NCBI GenBank assembly: GCA_964016885.1 | Contig: OZ024742.1 | Location: 211,234,001-211,298,000 of the forward strand | Origin: Eledone cirrhosa | Taxonomy: Eukaryota | DNA length: 64,000 nucleotides | Direction of reading: 5' to 3' | Part shown: positions 46,613 through 57,740 of the stretch, in pieces | How positions within the stretch are numbered: position 1 is the first letter of the stretch | Layout: the number at the start of each line of letters is the position of its first letter | The notes under the pieces: model-generated | What the model saw: only the letters and a program-made list of their open reading frames with translations | Database searches by the model: none | What the model was told of the DNA's origin: nothing | Translations under genes and position numbers: made by a program

Positions 46613-46735
46613 TGTAGTGACCTACATTCTCATGGCTTTTAAATACATTTTCCTACGCTGATAGCGATTGGTTGAACTGAGCCAAACAACGTATGGAGAA
46701 TGTATTCAAGAGCCATCAGAATGTAGGTCACTACA
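46613..46735. mobile_element. 123-bp foldback mini-element, TG...CA ends, 4-bp TSD
   Basis: TIR tgtagtgacctacattct / agaatgtaggtcactaca; TSD ggag; removing it restores the RTE sequence LERSNYRGI. Confidence 0.85.
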
Positions 46736-47343
46736 GGAGCAATTATAGAGGCATAAAGCAGATGGATCAGGTTATGAAAGTAGCGGAGAGAATATTAGCG
46801 CAACTGATTAGAGAAAGAGTCAAATTAGGTGAGATACAGTTTGGTTTTGTGACTAGGAAAAGTACAACAGATGCCCTCTTCTTAGTGAGACAACTACAAG
46901 AGAGGATCTTAGAGAAGAATAAGCCACTATACTTAGCTTTTGTTGACCTAGAGAACGCCTTTGATAGCCTACTCCGATCTGTCATCTGGTGGTCCGTAAG
47001 TGTTGTGTACGGATTCCCAAGTAAGAACAAGTGTAAAGACGGTAGGAAGTTGTATTAAACAACGTAAGTATAACTGTACACAGGATGGCACGGAGCCGCA
47101 AGCAAAGCACGATGTATAGAGTATAGTGTCACATCCACATGCCCGTGCGCACACGTTGAGTCCAAGGTCTTATTGGACGGGCGAGCCAATCAATATGAAG
47201 ACTGTGTGTGATTGGCCGATGAGTGGCCAATAAGTGGCTGGAACGTGTTACGTGTAATGAAAGAAAGGGAATAAATACGGATAGGCGAGAATATGAGAGA
47301 AGCATTAATGTATACACAACATTTTCTCCCCTCTTTTTAAAGC

Positions 47344-50300
47344 TGTAGTGACCTACATTCCGCGGGCTCACATACATTCTATGTGCGTGATTTGGCTCAG
47401 CCAATCAGCGCCAGTAGAAGAGAATGTATCCCTACGCGCCCTGAGGGAGAAATTCCCTGCGAGGATTTGAAGGATCTATAGCGGGGATACTGGGTTGCAT
47501 GAACGTAACAAGGAATTCATTGTTTGTTTGTATAATATTTAATTAACAATGGTAGATAGTATAGTTGACATGTCAAAGATGAGGATGATAGAATGAAGCA
47601 AAGTTAGTAGTTACCGTTTTGATTGCCAGGCAAACGCGGCTGGCAGAGGACGCCTGGCTAAGGCCAGGCGCCTGTTGGCCAAATGAATGGCAGAGCCAAA
47701 TGAGAGGCTCTTGACCTGGTGCCGAAAAGGCAATGAGAGAATGAGAGCTTAAAGTTGTTAGTTTTATAGGGCTCTGACCGGAAGTTACAGAAAGGGCCCC
47801 ACTTCCCGTCCAGACGTTAATCCAAACAAGGGAGACAACCGCTACATAACCTCCCGCCAGAATTTTAGTGTATAAAAATCGAAATGAAAATATGTAGCAA
47901 GTTGGCGAGAATGTTGTAACAGGCATGAAAATTACGACAAAAGAATGTTTGCAAAAATCAATGATAGATATCAAGGTAGCCAACCGCTCTTGGCCAGAGA
48001 ACGACTGGACATCCATCCATCCATCACCCAAAGATACAATGTAATAAAGTAAGAGAAGACCTCAAAGTTCAAATGTACAAAATATAGTTCACAGGTGTGC
48101 AATCACATGACAGCAGGAAAGAAAGTGTGTTCCAGAGAATGAATGCAGGTGGTTTCTGTTCTGTGGTATATCGTGAAATTTCCAACCTCCGAATGGATTT
48201 TCTCACAGGGAGAGTGCTGCAAAAATAAATTCTCTGGCTTTGGTTGTTGGTGAAGCTGTGTTGATGTATTGCTGCTGTTGTCTCGCTGAGTGAGCGTATT
48301 CGGTGTTTAAATTCACAGTAAAAAAAAAAAAATTTTTTTCTTTTTCTTTAGAAAAAATGAGTTGCGCCATGTGCTAGAAATAGCAGCCGAATTTGATGGT
48401 CGATGTTGAGAATGCGTTGACCTGGAAGGGTCAAGAGGCCAGCGACCAGAGAAATAAGCATTCTTAATAAATGCGCGGTTATCAACGGTAAATTTACATT
48501 GTAAATTTATAAACCGGCAAATAGAAGAATATAGCTTAAGGCTGAAGAATCCTTGGCGAGAAATGTTATCTCTGGCGTGCGGCTATGTCTGTGAGTAGAG
48601 ACATCTCTGTGAATCGAGAATTTGTGCTGCCTACACGTGCCAATACAAGGTTGAAAAAAATAATATTTCTAACGCGCGAGAAAATGATAGTGCAATTTTG
48701 AAAGTGACAATGATGAAAAAGAAAGGCTTCACTCAGCATAATTATTGGTGTGAACTTTGGGAAAAAAAAAACTTGAACGATGAAGAAAACGATAAACAAA
48801 AAGGCAATGGTTCATCGAAAATAAATGTTCCTGTTGAAATGTTTTTTTAAAGAATATCGAATTTCTTTTTTTCCCTTTTTTTTTGTTTTGAAAGAGTTCG
48901 CTGTAAGACACGAGAAACATATATATATATCGTGAAATGTTTTTTTTTTTTTTGTTTTGAAAGGGTTCGTTGTAAGAAACGAGAAACATATATATATATT
49001 GGTGAAATGCGACAGTTAGTTGATGCGTGAGAGAAAAAGTCTGTCTGTGCGAATTCCACATGTGCGTGTGTGCGTGTCCTAGAGTATTTTCATAGTTTGT
49101 CGATAAATTTGCTGTGTATTCGTAATGTTACTCACACAAAACCAGATGTGGTATTTTTTTTTTTTTGGGGGGGGGGGGGTGACCACTTATAGCGATGAAC
49201 GGCTGCGTGTTCGTATCACGTCAGGGTTACCAATATAGCGGGGATACTGGGTTGCATGAATGTAACAAGGAATACATTGTTTGTTTGTATAATATTTAAT
49301 TAACAATGGTAGATAGTATAGTTGACATGTCAAAGATGAGGATGATAGAATGAAGCAAAGTTAGTAGTTACCGTTTTGATTGCCAGGCAAACGCGGCTGG
49401 CAGAGGACGCCTGGCTAAGGCCAGGCGCCTGTTGGCCAAATGAATGGCAGAGCCAAATGAGAGGCTCTTGACCTGGTGCCGAAAAGACAATGAGAGAATG
49501 AGAGCTTAAAGTTGTTAGTTTTATAGGGCTCTGACCGGAAGTTACAGAAAGGGCCCCACTTCCCGTCCAGACGTTAATCCAAACAAGGGAGACAACCGCT
49601 ACAGATCTCTCTCTCGCATCCTGAACTTCGAAGTTTACAATATGTAAAGGTGAGATTTGCACTTTGGCCCGCCGGCCTGCCTCGAGCCTGGTACAATGAA
49701 ACATTACTTTGTGCTACAACAAAATAAACATACATTTCATCTCACGAACATTCTTCTTGTTGGCGTTATTATCATGTTACTCGTTATCGATATGACTAAC
49801 ATATACTTCTACCAAACTGATTACTCGTGGCGCTTCTAACTATAACACAACAACCAGCTAAATTGGTGACCTGACGTGAGGAATATTTTAAATACAAAAT
49901 ATTCCTTTTAAAATTAAAAAAATTAGCAGTGTTTCAAAAACTTTTCGCCACGAGGAAATTTCAAAATGGTTACCACCAAGTACTTCTCTACTACCAGCCA
50001 TCAGCAGCAACTGACGCAGCATAGTGACACCTTTGTATTTAAACCGCCGCCAATACTGCCACAGCTTCGACACGGCTACAATAACAACTTCGGCACCATC
50101 AACAGCAGCGCCTACGACAACATTGTTGAAAGAAAAAAAATTAGCTGTATTTTCAAAATTATAGCCCGGAGACATTTTTTTTTTCTTTCAATACGGCTTT
50201 CTGCAATACAAACAAGCAAAACACCAAACTCACGTGGTGACTCTCAGCTTTTCGGCGTGCGACTTCGATTCTACAGAAGATTTACTGTGACTTTGCTTTG

Positions 50301-51511
50301 ATAACAACAACTCTGCTAGCTTCCTAGTAAGAGCGATCACAAAGACATTTTAAGGAAAAGAAAAAGCGAACTTTTTGTTAAAAAAACAATTCTTTCTTTC
50401 TTTCTTTCTCTTTTTACAGGCAATGTTCGGACATTTATTCTTTTAAAACTGTATTATACGAAAATTCATTTTCTTTATCATTGTATATATAACTGCATCA
50501 TTTTTTTTTTTACCATTGTATATATGACTGCACCCACACATTCTTTGCTGTAATACATGCCAGCATATGCACACATATTTCTTTGACACACACCAACATG
50601 TTGTTGTCGTTAGCATAACAACCTCCATCTTGTTACTTTACCCAACTCACTGGGAAAACAACAAATGGAACTGGACCTGTCAGCATTTCCACCATTTCCC
50701 CTACAGATTCAACTTACTTTTTTCTCTTCAAAGCAACCAGCCATTTTTTCCTGGCTGCCTAGCACTTTCGGCAATTCATCTGGGAGGCCGACATTTTCTC
50801 GCCTACCCACCATCTTCTTGCCAGCTTTGCTACACTTACCATAACAGCTATACAGCTCTGGTAAAGCATGAACAGCACCATCATTGACAACAGCTACTGG
50901 TAAACTACCATAACAGCTTCATCCACAGCTACTGGTACAACACTTACCATTAACATTTAATGCAAGAACAGCAACTTCGCCCATGTCAGACTTTATCCGT
51001 TTTCCTATGATCACGTATAAATATCAAAACAGCTAGTCATTTGCCACAGCAGCTCAACACGGCCCTTAGCGCCTCATTTTTCTTCTTGCGTGCATTCTTC
51101 TGTTCAATTATTTTTTCATTGATGTGCTCATTCAGCATTTTTCCTGCTGAATCAATAATCTGTATCGTCTTGCGACTAGGAAGGTGGTATTGTAGTGACA
51201 TACATTCCGCGGGCTCACATACATTCTCTGTGCGTGATTTGGCTCAACCAATCAGCGCCAGTAGAAGAGAATGTATCCCTACACGCCCTGAGAGAGAAAT
51301 TCCCTGCGAAGATTTGAATCTGTCTCTCGCATCCTGAACTTCGAAGGAACGACACGTACAATATGTAACGGTGAGATTTTCACTTTGGCCTGCCGGCCTG
51401 CCTCGAGCCTGGTACAATGGCACATTCCTTTTGTAATCCTTTTATGTTTAACTACAATCATACAAATTAACAAACATTACTTTCTCACTACATCTAAATA
51501 ACTCTGCTAAA
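47344..51511 (+). mobile_element. Non-autonomous LTR element B nested just inside the 3' LTR of the maelstrom element
   Basis: LTR copies start at 47344 (split by C, ends about 49862) and 51191; PBS tggtgacctgacgtga at about 49864; purine tract aggaaggtgg before 51191; non-coding interior; the 3' end is uncertain and I found no TSD. Confidence 0.75.
47477..49603 (-). mobile_element. Non-autonomous LTR element C inserted in the LTR of B
   Basis: Near-identical 370-bp LTRs at 47477-47846 and 49234-49603; TSD gatc; tRNA-Trp PBS at 49201-49232; PPT-like ggcgggagg next to 47847. Confidence 0.9.
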
Positions 51512-51793
51512 CGGTGATTAATAAAACTGCTACAATCCAACATGTTTGTCACACACCACATCAATTCTTGTTATGACCCGGCTAAAAAAAAAAAAAAAAA
51601 ATAATAATAATAATAATAATAAGATCTGGTGTTGTGTGTATATGGAAAAAAAATAATTAATTAGCAGTGCCCCATTTTCGTTGGAATGTGTCGACCAACG
51701 TACTACTCTCTTTTACATGCACATTGATCGACTTTCAGAGATTTCGTCTTTTTGCTATAAGATGCTTGGTATCTAGACAATTTTGCTTTAGCC

Positions 51794-51950
51794 TCAATAT
51801 CCGACGACTGAGCTTAATTTAGTGCGCAAGGGTCGACCTAAGAACAGTTCAGCCGGTGCTACTTCGGTCGCACTGTGGAGCGTCGATCGTAGTGTCTGCA
51901 GCGCCTTCGATACTGCGTCATCCCATGTCAGACCGTGAAGTTGTAGTGTT
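51794..51950 (-). pseudogene. Gypsy integrase C-terminal remnant, in frame with the maelstrom tail
   Basis: TWDDAVSKALQTLRSTLHSATEVAPAELFLGRPLRTKL matches the Gypsy integrase motif YRxTPHxxTGxSPAELLxGRxxRTxL. Confidence 0.8.
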
Positions 51951-53558
51951 TGAAATGTTGTGTCTGGTGGATTTTGGAAAACGGTTTCAAAGTGGAATGG
52001 ATTCTGCAGAACTTCGTTTTCTTCACATATACGATTTATTTCACTATCACACTCGCTTAAACTATTACATACATTAGCGTCATGACTACAACAATCAGAT
52101 TCGTTTTCAGATTTCGTTCCCAATGGAACGTCTACATTACTATCCAAATAACTGTGTTTTGCCGACGCAAAAGCAACGTCAGCGCTGGTAAGTGGTTTGC
52201 GGGGAGCTTCCAATTCATCATTTGAAGAATGAAAATTCGGTTGAACGTTAGAAGAGTTTTGTGTCGTGTTTTCAGACCAACGTTTGTTTCTTTGGGCAGC
52301 TGAGCGAGAGTTATTTTTTCTATTGCCGAAATGGGGAGGGTTTAACGATACGCCTTTACTTTTACTATCTTTCACGGGGCGGTGCTGAGGTGTGAGTGTT
52401 AATTCATAACATTGACGAGAGAATCTGACATGGCGTAAGCGTATCTTCGAATAATAGCTAAGCTACAATGAATAAGACTAGCCTGTTTGTGCCCAGGACA
52501 ACGAGTATTGGGTTCATAATCAAATGCAGTGGTTGTCAGCATGTCAAGAATTTGATATTTCGCTACTGGAAAGCCGCTATGTTTAAACAAATCCATGACG
52601 AGCTTTCTCAAGTGCATAAAGTTGAATATATTCCGATCTAGTATTTTCACTTCGTACTCAAAACCAATTCAAGCAGCTTTCATCCTCTTTGAAATCTTTC
52701 GACAAACAATAAAATTGTTTATTACGAGAAAATTTAAGCAAATTTTTCCACAGTTGAGTATAATCAGATGTGGCCATTTCAAAATTTTCTATGGGAATTT
52801 GGTGAGTGTTGTCACTGTGGAATTGCGCCTCATATCTGAAACCAACGGGAATTGGACCCGCGTTAATAAATTGGTGCATCTCTATACTAACACCTTCCTT
52901 CATATTGTATTCCAACATAGAAATTTCAACTGGTAAGCATTCGTCGTCTGAAGTCTTACAAAGTATCTGGAAATTCAGTAAGTAAAACTTTTCATATAAT
53001 ATATCAGTATTATGCGGCCATTTTGAGATAATATCTCGGTCTTGTTCAGCGTATTGTTTAGCAATTTCGTCGAGGGGTTCACAATGGTGAGAAATCAACT
53101 GCCCTGTACAATCCATACGCGAATCCTTTTTCTTATTGTTGGTGTTGTTATTCTTTTTACGTGAATTTTCTTTAACTTCACGAGACATTTTTTCATAAGG
53201 GTACTTTTCGTTTGCCGTCAGCAGCTTCCATTTGGAGCCAGCTAAAGTCACAACATCTGCTAAACCATGAGGGAAATTATGGCCATTAAGTTTCATCTCT
53301 TCCATTAAATCTTTCATATAATAATTGTTTCTACTTTTGGCACAAGGCCAGCAATTATCCCAGTGTATTACTGGTACTTTATTTTATCGACCCCGTAAGG
53401 ATGAAAGGCAAAGTTAACCTCGGCAGGATTTGAACTCAGATCATAAAGGGCCGTAACTCTTTGCTCCAAAGCATGGCATCCGACCCTCTACCGATACTGC
53501 CAATCCACCGCCCTTTCATATAATAATAAAAAGCTTTATGTATTTTATTTGGAGGCAT
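51950..53558 (-). pseudogene. mael: Intronless maelstrom-like CDS (HMG box + MAEL domain), disrupted by a SINE and two 1-bp indels
   Basis: MPPNKIHKAFYYYMKD...AGSKWKLLTANEKYPYEKM (HMG box); LPVEISMLEYNMKEG...HQFINAGPIPVGFRYEAQFHSDNTHQIP, DYEPNTRCPGH...HCSLAIIRRYAY and YELTLTPQHRP (MAEL domain, E-H-H-C-H-C residues present). Confidence 0.88.
53326..53512 (-). mobile_element. tRNA-derived SINE inserted near codon 15 of the maelstrom copy
   Basis: 15-bp TSD ctttcatataataat at 53311-53325 and 53513-53527; same family as 12858-13045. Confidence 0.92.
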
Positions 53559-53587
53559 GTTTAACGGTGTAGAGTTACAAACGTTCT

Positions 53588-54730
53588 CTAGCTTAGGCGA
53601 GATTCTAAGTGGGCCATGGCGTTACCACCTAACAACGGTTTACATTGCCCTGGGTCATAAACTGCAATCTTACAAGCGGAATTTATTTCTACCTGAATGT
53701 TGGTGAAGAAAAATCCGCGAATGCCGACAAAGTCATCAGAATAGCTCAAGAACTTGTAGGCGGTATGAAGTAAAGGCGACTGTCTGAAGTGTGACTGATA
53801 AAAGGTTTTGGCGACTATGGTAATTGGAGATGCTGAATCGAGCTCCACCAATAATATGTCATTTTTACCATCAGCCGACAGACTAACATGCCAACAATCA
53901 GCTTAAGAAGCTTAGGCTCATGATCATTCTCGGCAGTAAGCTGACTGATGATTGAATATATTGTAACATCGTTTTCGGTTTCTATTGCTTCTTCAATACG
54001 GTGAACTGTTTTGCCACGGCAGCACTTGGCAAAATGACCCCTCTTCCCACAGTTCCGACAAATTGAATTTTTGGCGGAGCATTGGGGAAAAGTTGCCTTA
54101 TGACCAGGATTCCCACACCGGAAACATTTGCTGTTGGATTGCATTGAAATTTTACTTTGCTCTAGAGCAACCTTATCAATGTTATGCTGTTCTTCTTGTT
54201 TGAAAGCCTTCACTTGAGACTTAATGCTTTCTTTGCAACGAACTATATTACAGGCTTTGTCGAAAGACAAGGTACGCGAATCCTTGTTTAAAAGCGCCTC
54301 TCGTGTACTATCGCTTTCATTGCTGGAGATTAGTTGCTGTATTAACATAGCGTCTTTAATTTTGAACTTAGACTTTCGTATTCACATTCGGTAACTTTTT
54401 TGCGCAGTTTTAAGATAAAACTATCAGCCGACTCACCGCGGTCCTGCGGAAGGCGACTGAATTGATGCCTCGCGAAGAAAACGTTTTGTGTTGTCCTCCC
54501 ACAGGCGATCGAGTTCGTAAATAGCTGCGTCCACATTCTTGAAATCGTGGCGACCGGCTTCACCAAGATAATGGCGCATTAAGGCATTTGGAGTCGTCTG
54601 TCAGCGCAATGGATGGGTTCAACACCGGAAGCGGGCTGAAGTAGTTGAACAATTCCTTTTTCCAAGATGTCCATTCCTGCGTGGTTGGTCGGGCGAATTC
54701 ACCAACCCAGAAGTAATCCAAGTGGGGTTG
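53588..54730 (-). pseudogene. gag and protease of the Mag-like element, frameshifted
   Basis: RHQFSRLPQDRGESADSFILKLRKKVTECEY; CFRCGNPGH...C and CRNCGKRGHFAKCC; protease VELDSASPITIV...PLLGGN. Confidence 0.85.
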
Positions 54731-57439
54731 ATTCATAGGGATTTTTCAGAAAATGATCCAATTTGTGAAAAAAATAGCAGGTAACCTCGGCGACGCCAAT
54801 TATTGTGTACGGATTCCCAAGTAAAAACAAGTGAGGAAGTTGTATTAAACAACGTAAGTATAACTGTACGCAGGATGGCACGGAGCCGTAAGCAAAGCAC
54901 GATGTACAGAATATAGTGTCACATTCACATGCCCACACGTTGAGTTCAAGGTCTTATTGGACGAATGAGCCAATCAATATGAAGACTGTGTGTGATTGGC
55001 CGATGAGTGGCCAATAAGTGGCTGGAACGTGTTACGCGTAATGAAAGAAAGGGAATACATACGAATAGGCAAGAAGCATTAATGTAGACACAACACTAAG
55101 GAAACTAGGTGTAGAGGAATGGCTTGTGAGGATAGTGCAAGCTATGTACAGAGGTGCTGTCAGTAAAGTGAGAGTAGGAATGGAGTTTAGTGAGGAATTC
55201 CAGATACAAGTAGGAGTACATCAGGGTTCGGTCCTCAGCCCGCTCTTGTTCATTATAGTCCTCCAAGCCATAGCAGAGGAGTTTAAGATGGGCTGTCCAT
55301 GGGAACTTCTCTATGCTGATGATCTGGTTCTTATAGCAGAATGAGTAGAGGAGCTAGAGAATAAATTCTGGCTATGGAAACAGCAGTTGGAATCAAGAGG
55401 ACTGAGAGTGAACATAGCTCAGACAAAAGTGTTGATAAGTAGAAGAGAGGACAAAACTCTGATTCCATCAGGGAAATGGCCATGTTTGATATGTAGAAAA
55501 AGAACTGGCATAAATTCTATAAAATGTACACAATGCAGATCTTGGGTACACAATAGATGTAGTGGGATAGCAGGCAAACTACGTATGCAGCAGATGTACA
55601 GGGAAATTTGACAGTAGTAATCGCATTAATAGACATTTTTTCAAATGCAGGTGGGTTCTATAGAAGTGGTTGATAGCTTCCGGTACCTAGGTGATCAGAT
55701 TAGCTTGGGAGAGTGTGTTCCGAGGCGATAGTATCTAGAATAATGACGGGTTGGAAGAAGTTTAGGGAGCTGCTTCCTGTTGACAAAGAAGGGTTTCTCC
55801 CTGCGTACGAAAGGTTGGTTATATGATACCTGTGTGAGATGCACGATGCTGCATGGTAGTGAGACATGGGCAGCAACTAGAGGATATGCAACAGCTGGAA
55901 AGAAATGAAGCAAGCATGCTCCGTTGGATGTGCAATGTCAATGTGCGTGAACGACCAAGCATAGATAAGTTGAGAGAGAAACTGTGTATAAGAGGCATAA
56001 GTTGTAGTGTGCAGGAGAGAAGACTGAGATGGTATGGACATGTAATGCGCATGGAAGATGACCGCTGGGTAAAGAAGTGCCAAGAAATCCCAGTAGAAGG
56101 AAGACCACGACAAACATGGGCGGAGGTGGTGAGAGACCTCAGATCGCTGAAGCTCACGGAGGAGATAACGAAGGACCGTGACAAGTGGAGAGATGCTGTG
56201 CTGAATAGGACCCGTCCAACTCTTGCAAGCAGGGAAAAGCGGACGTAAAATGATGATACATCTATAGAACAAATGCCTTGTAGTTAAGTAATGCACTCAG
56301 AAAACAAAGCATCTAGTTGACACGACCGTCGGATTCCAAACTCGTAAAAAATACATTTTTAAAAACAAAACCAATCATGAATTAAATGTCTATATTAGAA
56401 CTAAGACATCTCCCATAATCCCTACCTCAGACATCATCCATATATCCCAACCTCTAACCTGCTCTAAATATGAATATGGGAGATGGACATTTTCAAGCTG
56501 CAGCGTCAAATTACGTAGTTTCTGTGTAAGAATAGACATTGAATAATATCCTTTATTACCTGCAGTGACTACAACCCCATTACATAATAGGCCTTGCTCC
56601 ACCTTCACCCATATACCCTTGACATTAAACCCTCAAGATGATGTTGTCACTCATCAGGAGGCCCAGGTTTCAAATAGACATAATATACATACTCAAATGC
56701 AAAACATAATTAAGATTAAACGAATATATAGTAATCACTGCCAACTAATTAGAATGTGCTTTGCCGGTGAGACCTAAGATCGAAACATGTCCATTGCTTA
56801 AACAATTGGCTTTAAAAACTAGATCTACTCCTACCTCTATGGCAATTTAAAAAAAAAAATCCGATTCTCTAACTTAATTGAATGTATCTTTCTGGTTTGA
56901 GTTTTAGATCTTAAAACACACACAAAAGGAATTTTGTCCAGTAATTCCAGTTAATGGAATGTTTTAACTCACTATATTACATATGTAAGATTCTAATTTA
57001 TATTAACTATGTTTCATGGTGCACACTTAGTTTATTATCAATTTTTCAAGGGAACATATATGCATGCAAAACAGAGAATTAACGAAGTCATTAAAATGTC
57101 AGACAGAATGCTTTGCTGTATTCATTCAAGTGCAGAGCCGGAACGACTACAGCAAAGCCTTCTGGTGTGAACTTTACTTTTCAACCATTAGAGGTCAATA
57201 ATAAAAATATCAGACCATTACTGGGTTTCAATTCCTCTTCTATATCTCATCCTGGATGAAATCTACTATTTTCAAACCTGAAGAGGGATGGGTTCTGTGA
57301 GTTTTAAAATACCCAAGTATGTCACAACAGCACTCCTACAATTCCATCAGGAGTTACGGGTCCATACATATATGCATACACACAGATTATTGAAAATTAT
57401 TAATGTTGTAGAATACTCATTAAAAGAACTGACATCTAT

Positions 57440-57740
57440 AAATATGTAAGCACCTTTCAGTCATGAATGACCATGGATTTGTACCTAGAAAATTCCTCTT
57501 CAAAGCACAAGCAAAGGCAAGGTGTTTTTATGTAAAAACCAGCAGTCGCCCATGCCACCAATGTTGTCCAAGGAAAAAGAAAAAGCTGATACAGCTTGGC
57601 AACAGTTACATCACAACTCCTATTTTCCAGCAACGTGAAATAAAGTGCCTTGCTCAAGGACACCAGCTGCTCTGTGAATCAAACTCTCAATCCCATGATT
57701 GTGAGCTCAACATTCTAACCACTAAGTCATGCACCTTCAC
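57440..57740 (-). mobile_element. Second SINE family, decayed
   Basis: Minus strand: gtgcatgacttagtggttagaatgttg...gagtttgattc...gtgtccttgagcaaggcacttta; related to 63200-63560. Confidence 0.55.

Larger units (their letters stand above)
47001..55095 (-). mobile_element. Mag-like Gypsy LTR element carrying maelstrom in place of RT/RNase H/integrase core
   Basis: LTRs 47001-47321 and 54801-55095 (TGTTG...CAACA); TSD gtaag/ctaag; PBS-like TGGCGTCGCCGAGG just inside 54800; PPT aaaaagaggggagaaaa at 47322-47338; gag with two CCHC knuckles; protease LDSAS. Confidence 0.9.
45930..56255 (+). mobile_element. RTE LINE interrupted by a 123-bp foldback and by the 8.1-kb maelstrom-carrying LTR element
   Basis: KMKNGKAAGPSG, NYRGI and LAFVDLENAFD...IWWS up to 47000; resumes at 55096 with LRKLGVEEW, GVHQGSVLSPLLF, YADD and the 3' tail at about 56250. 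Confidence 0.9.

Noticed and set aside
51950-53558. Interpretation as the host's functional maelstrom locus
   Set aside because: It is intronless in an intron-rich genome, sits between LTRs, is fused to integrase and is disrupted by a SINE.
56764-56796. Hammerhead-like ccggtga-gacctaagatc-gaaacatgtc after a possible GIY-YIG remnant
   Set aside because: The core and stem I are too degenerate to call.
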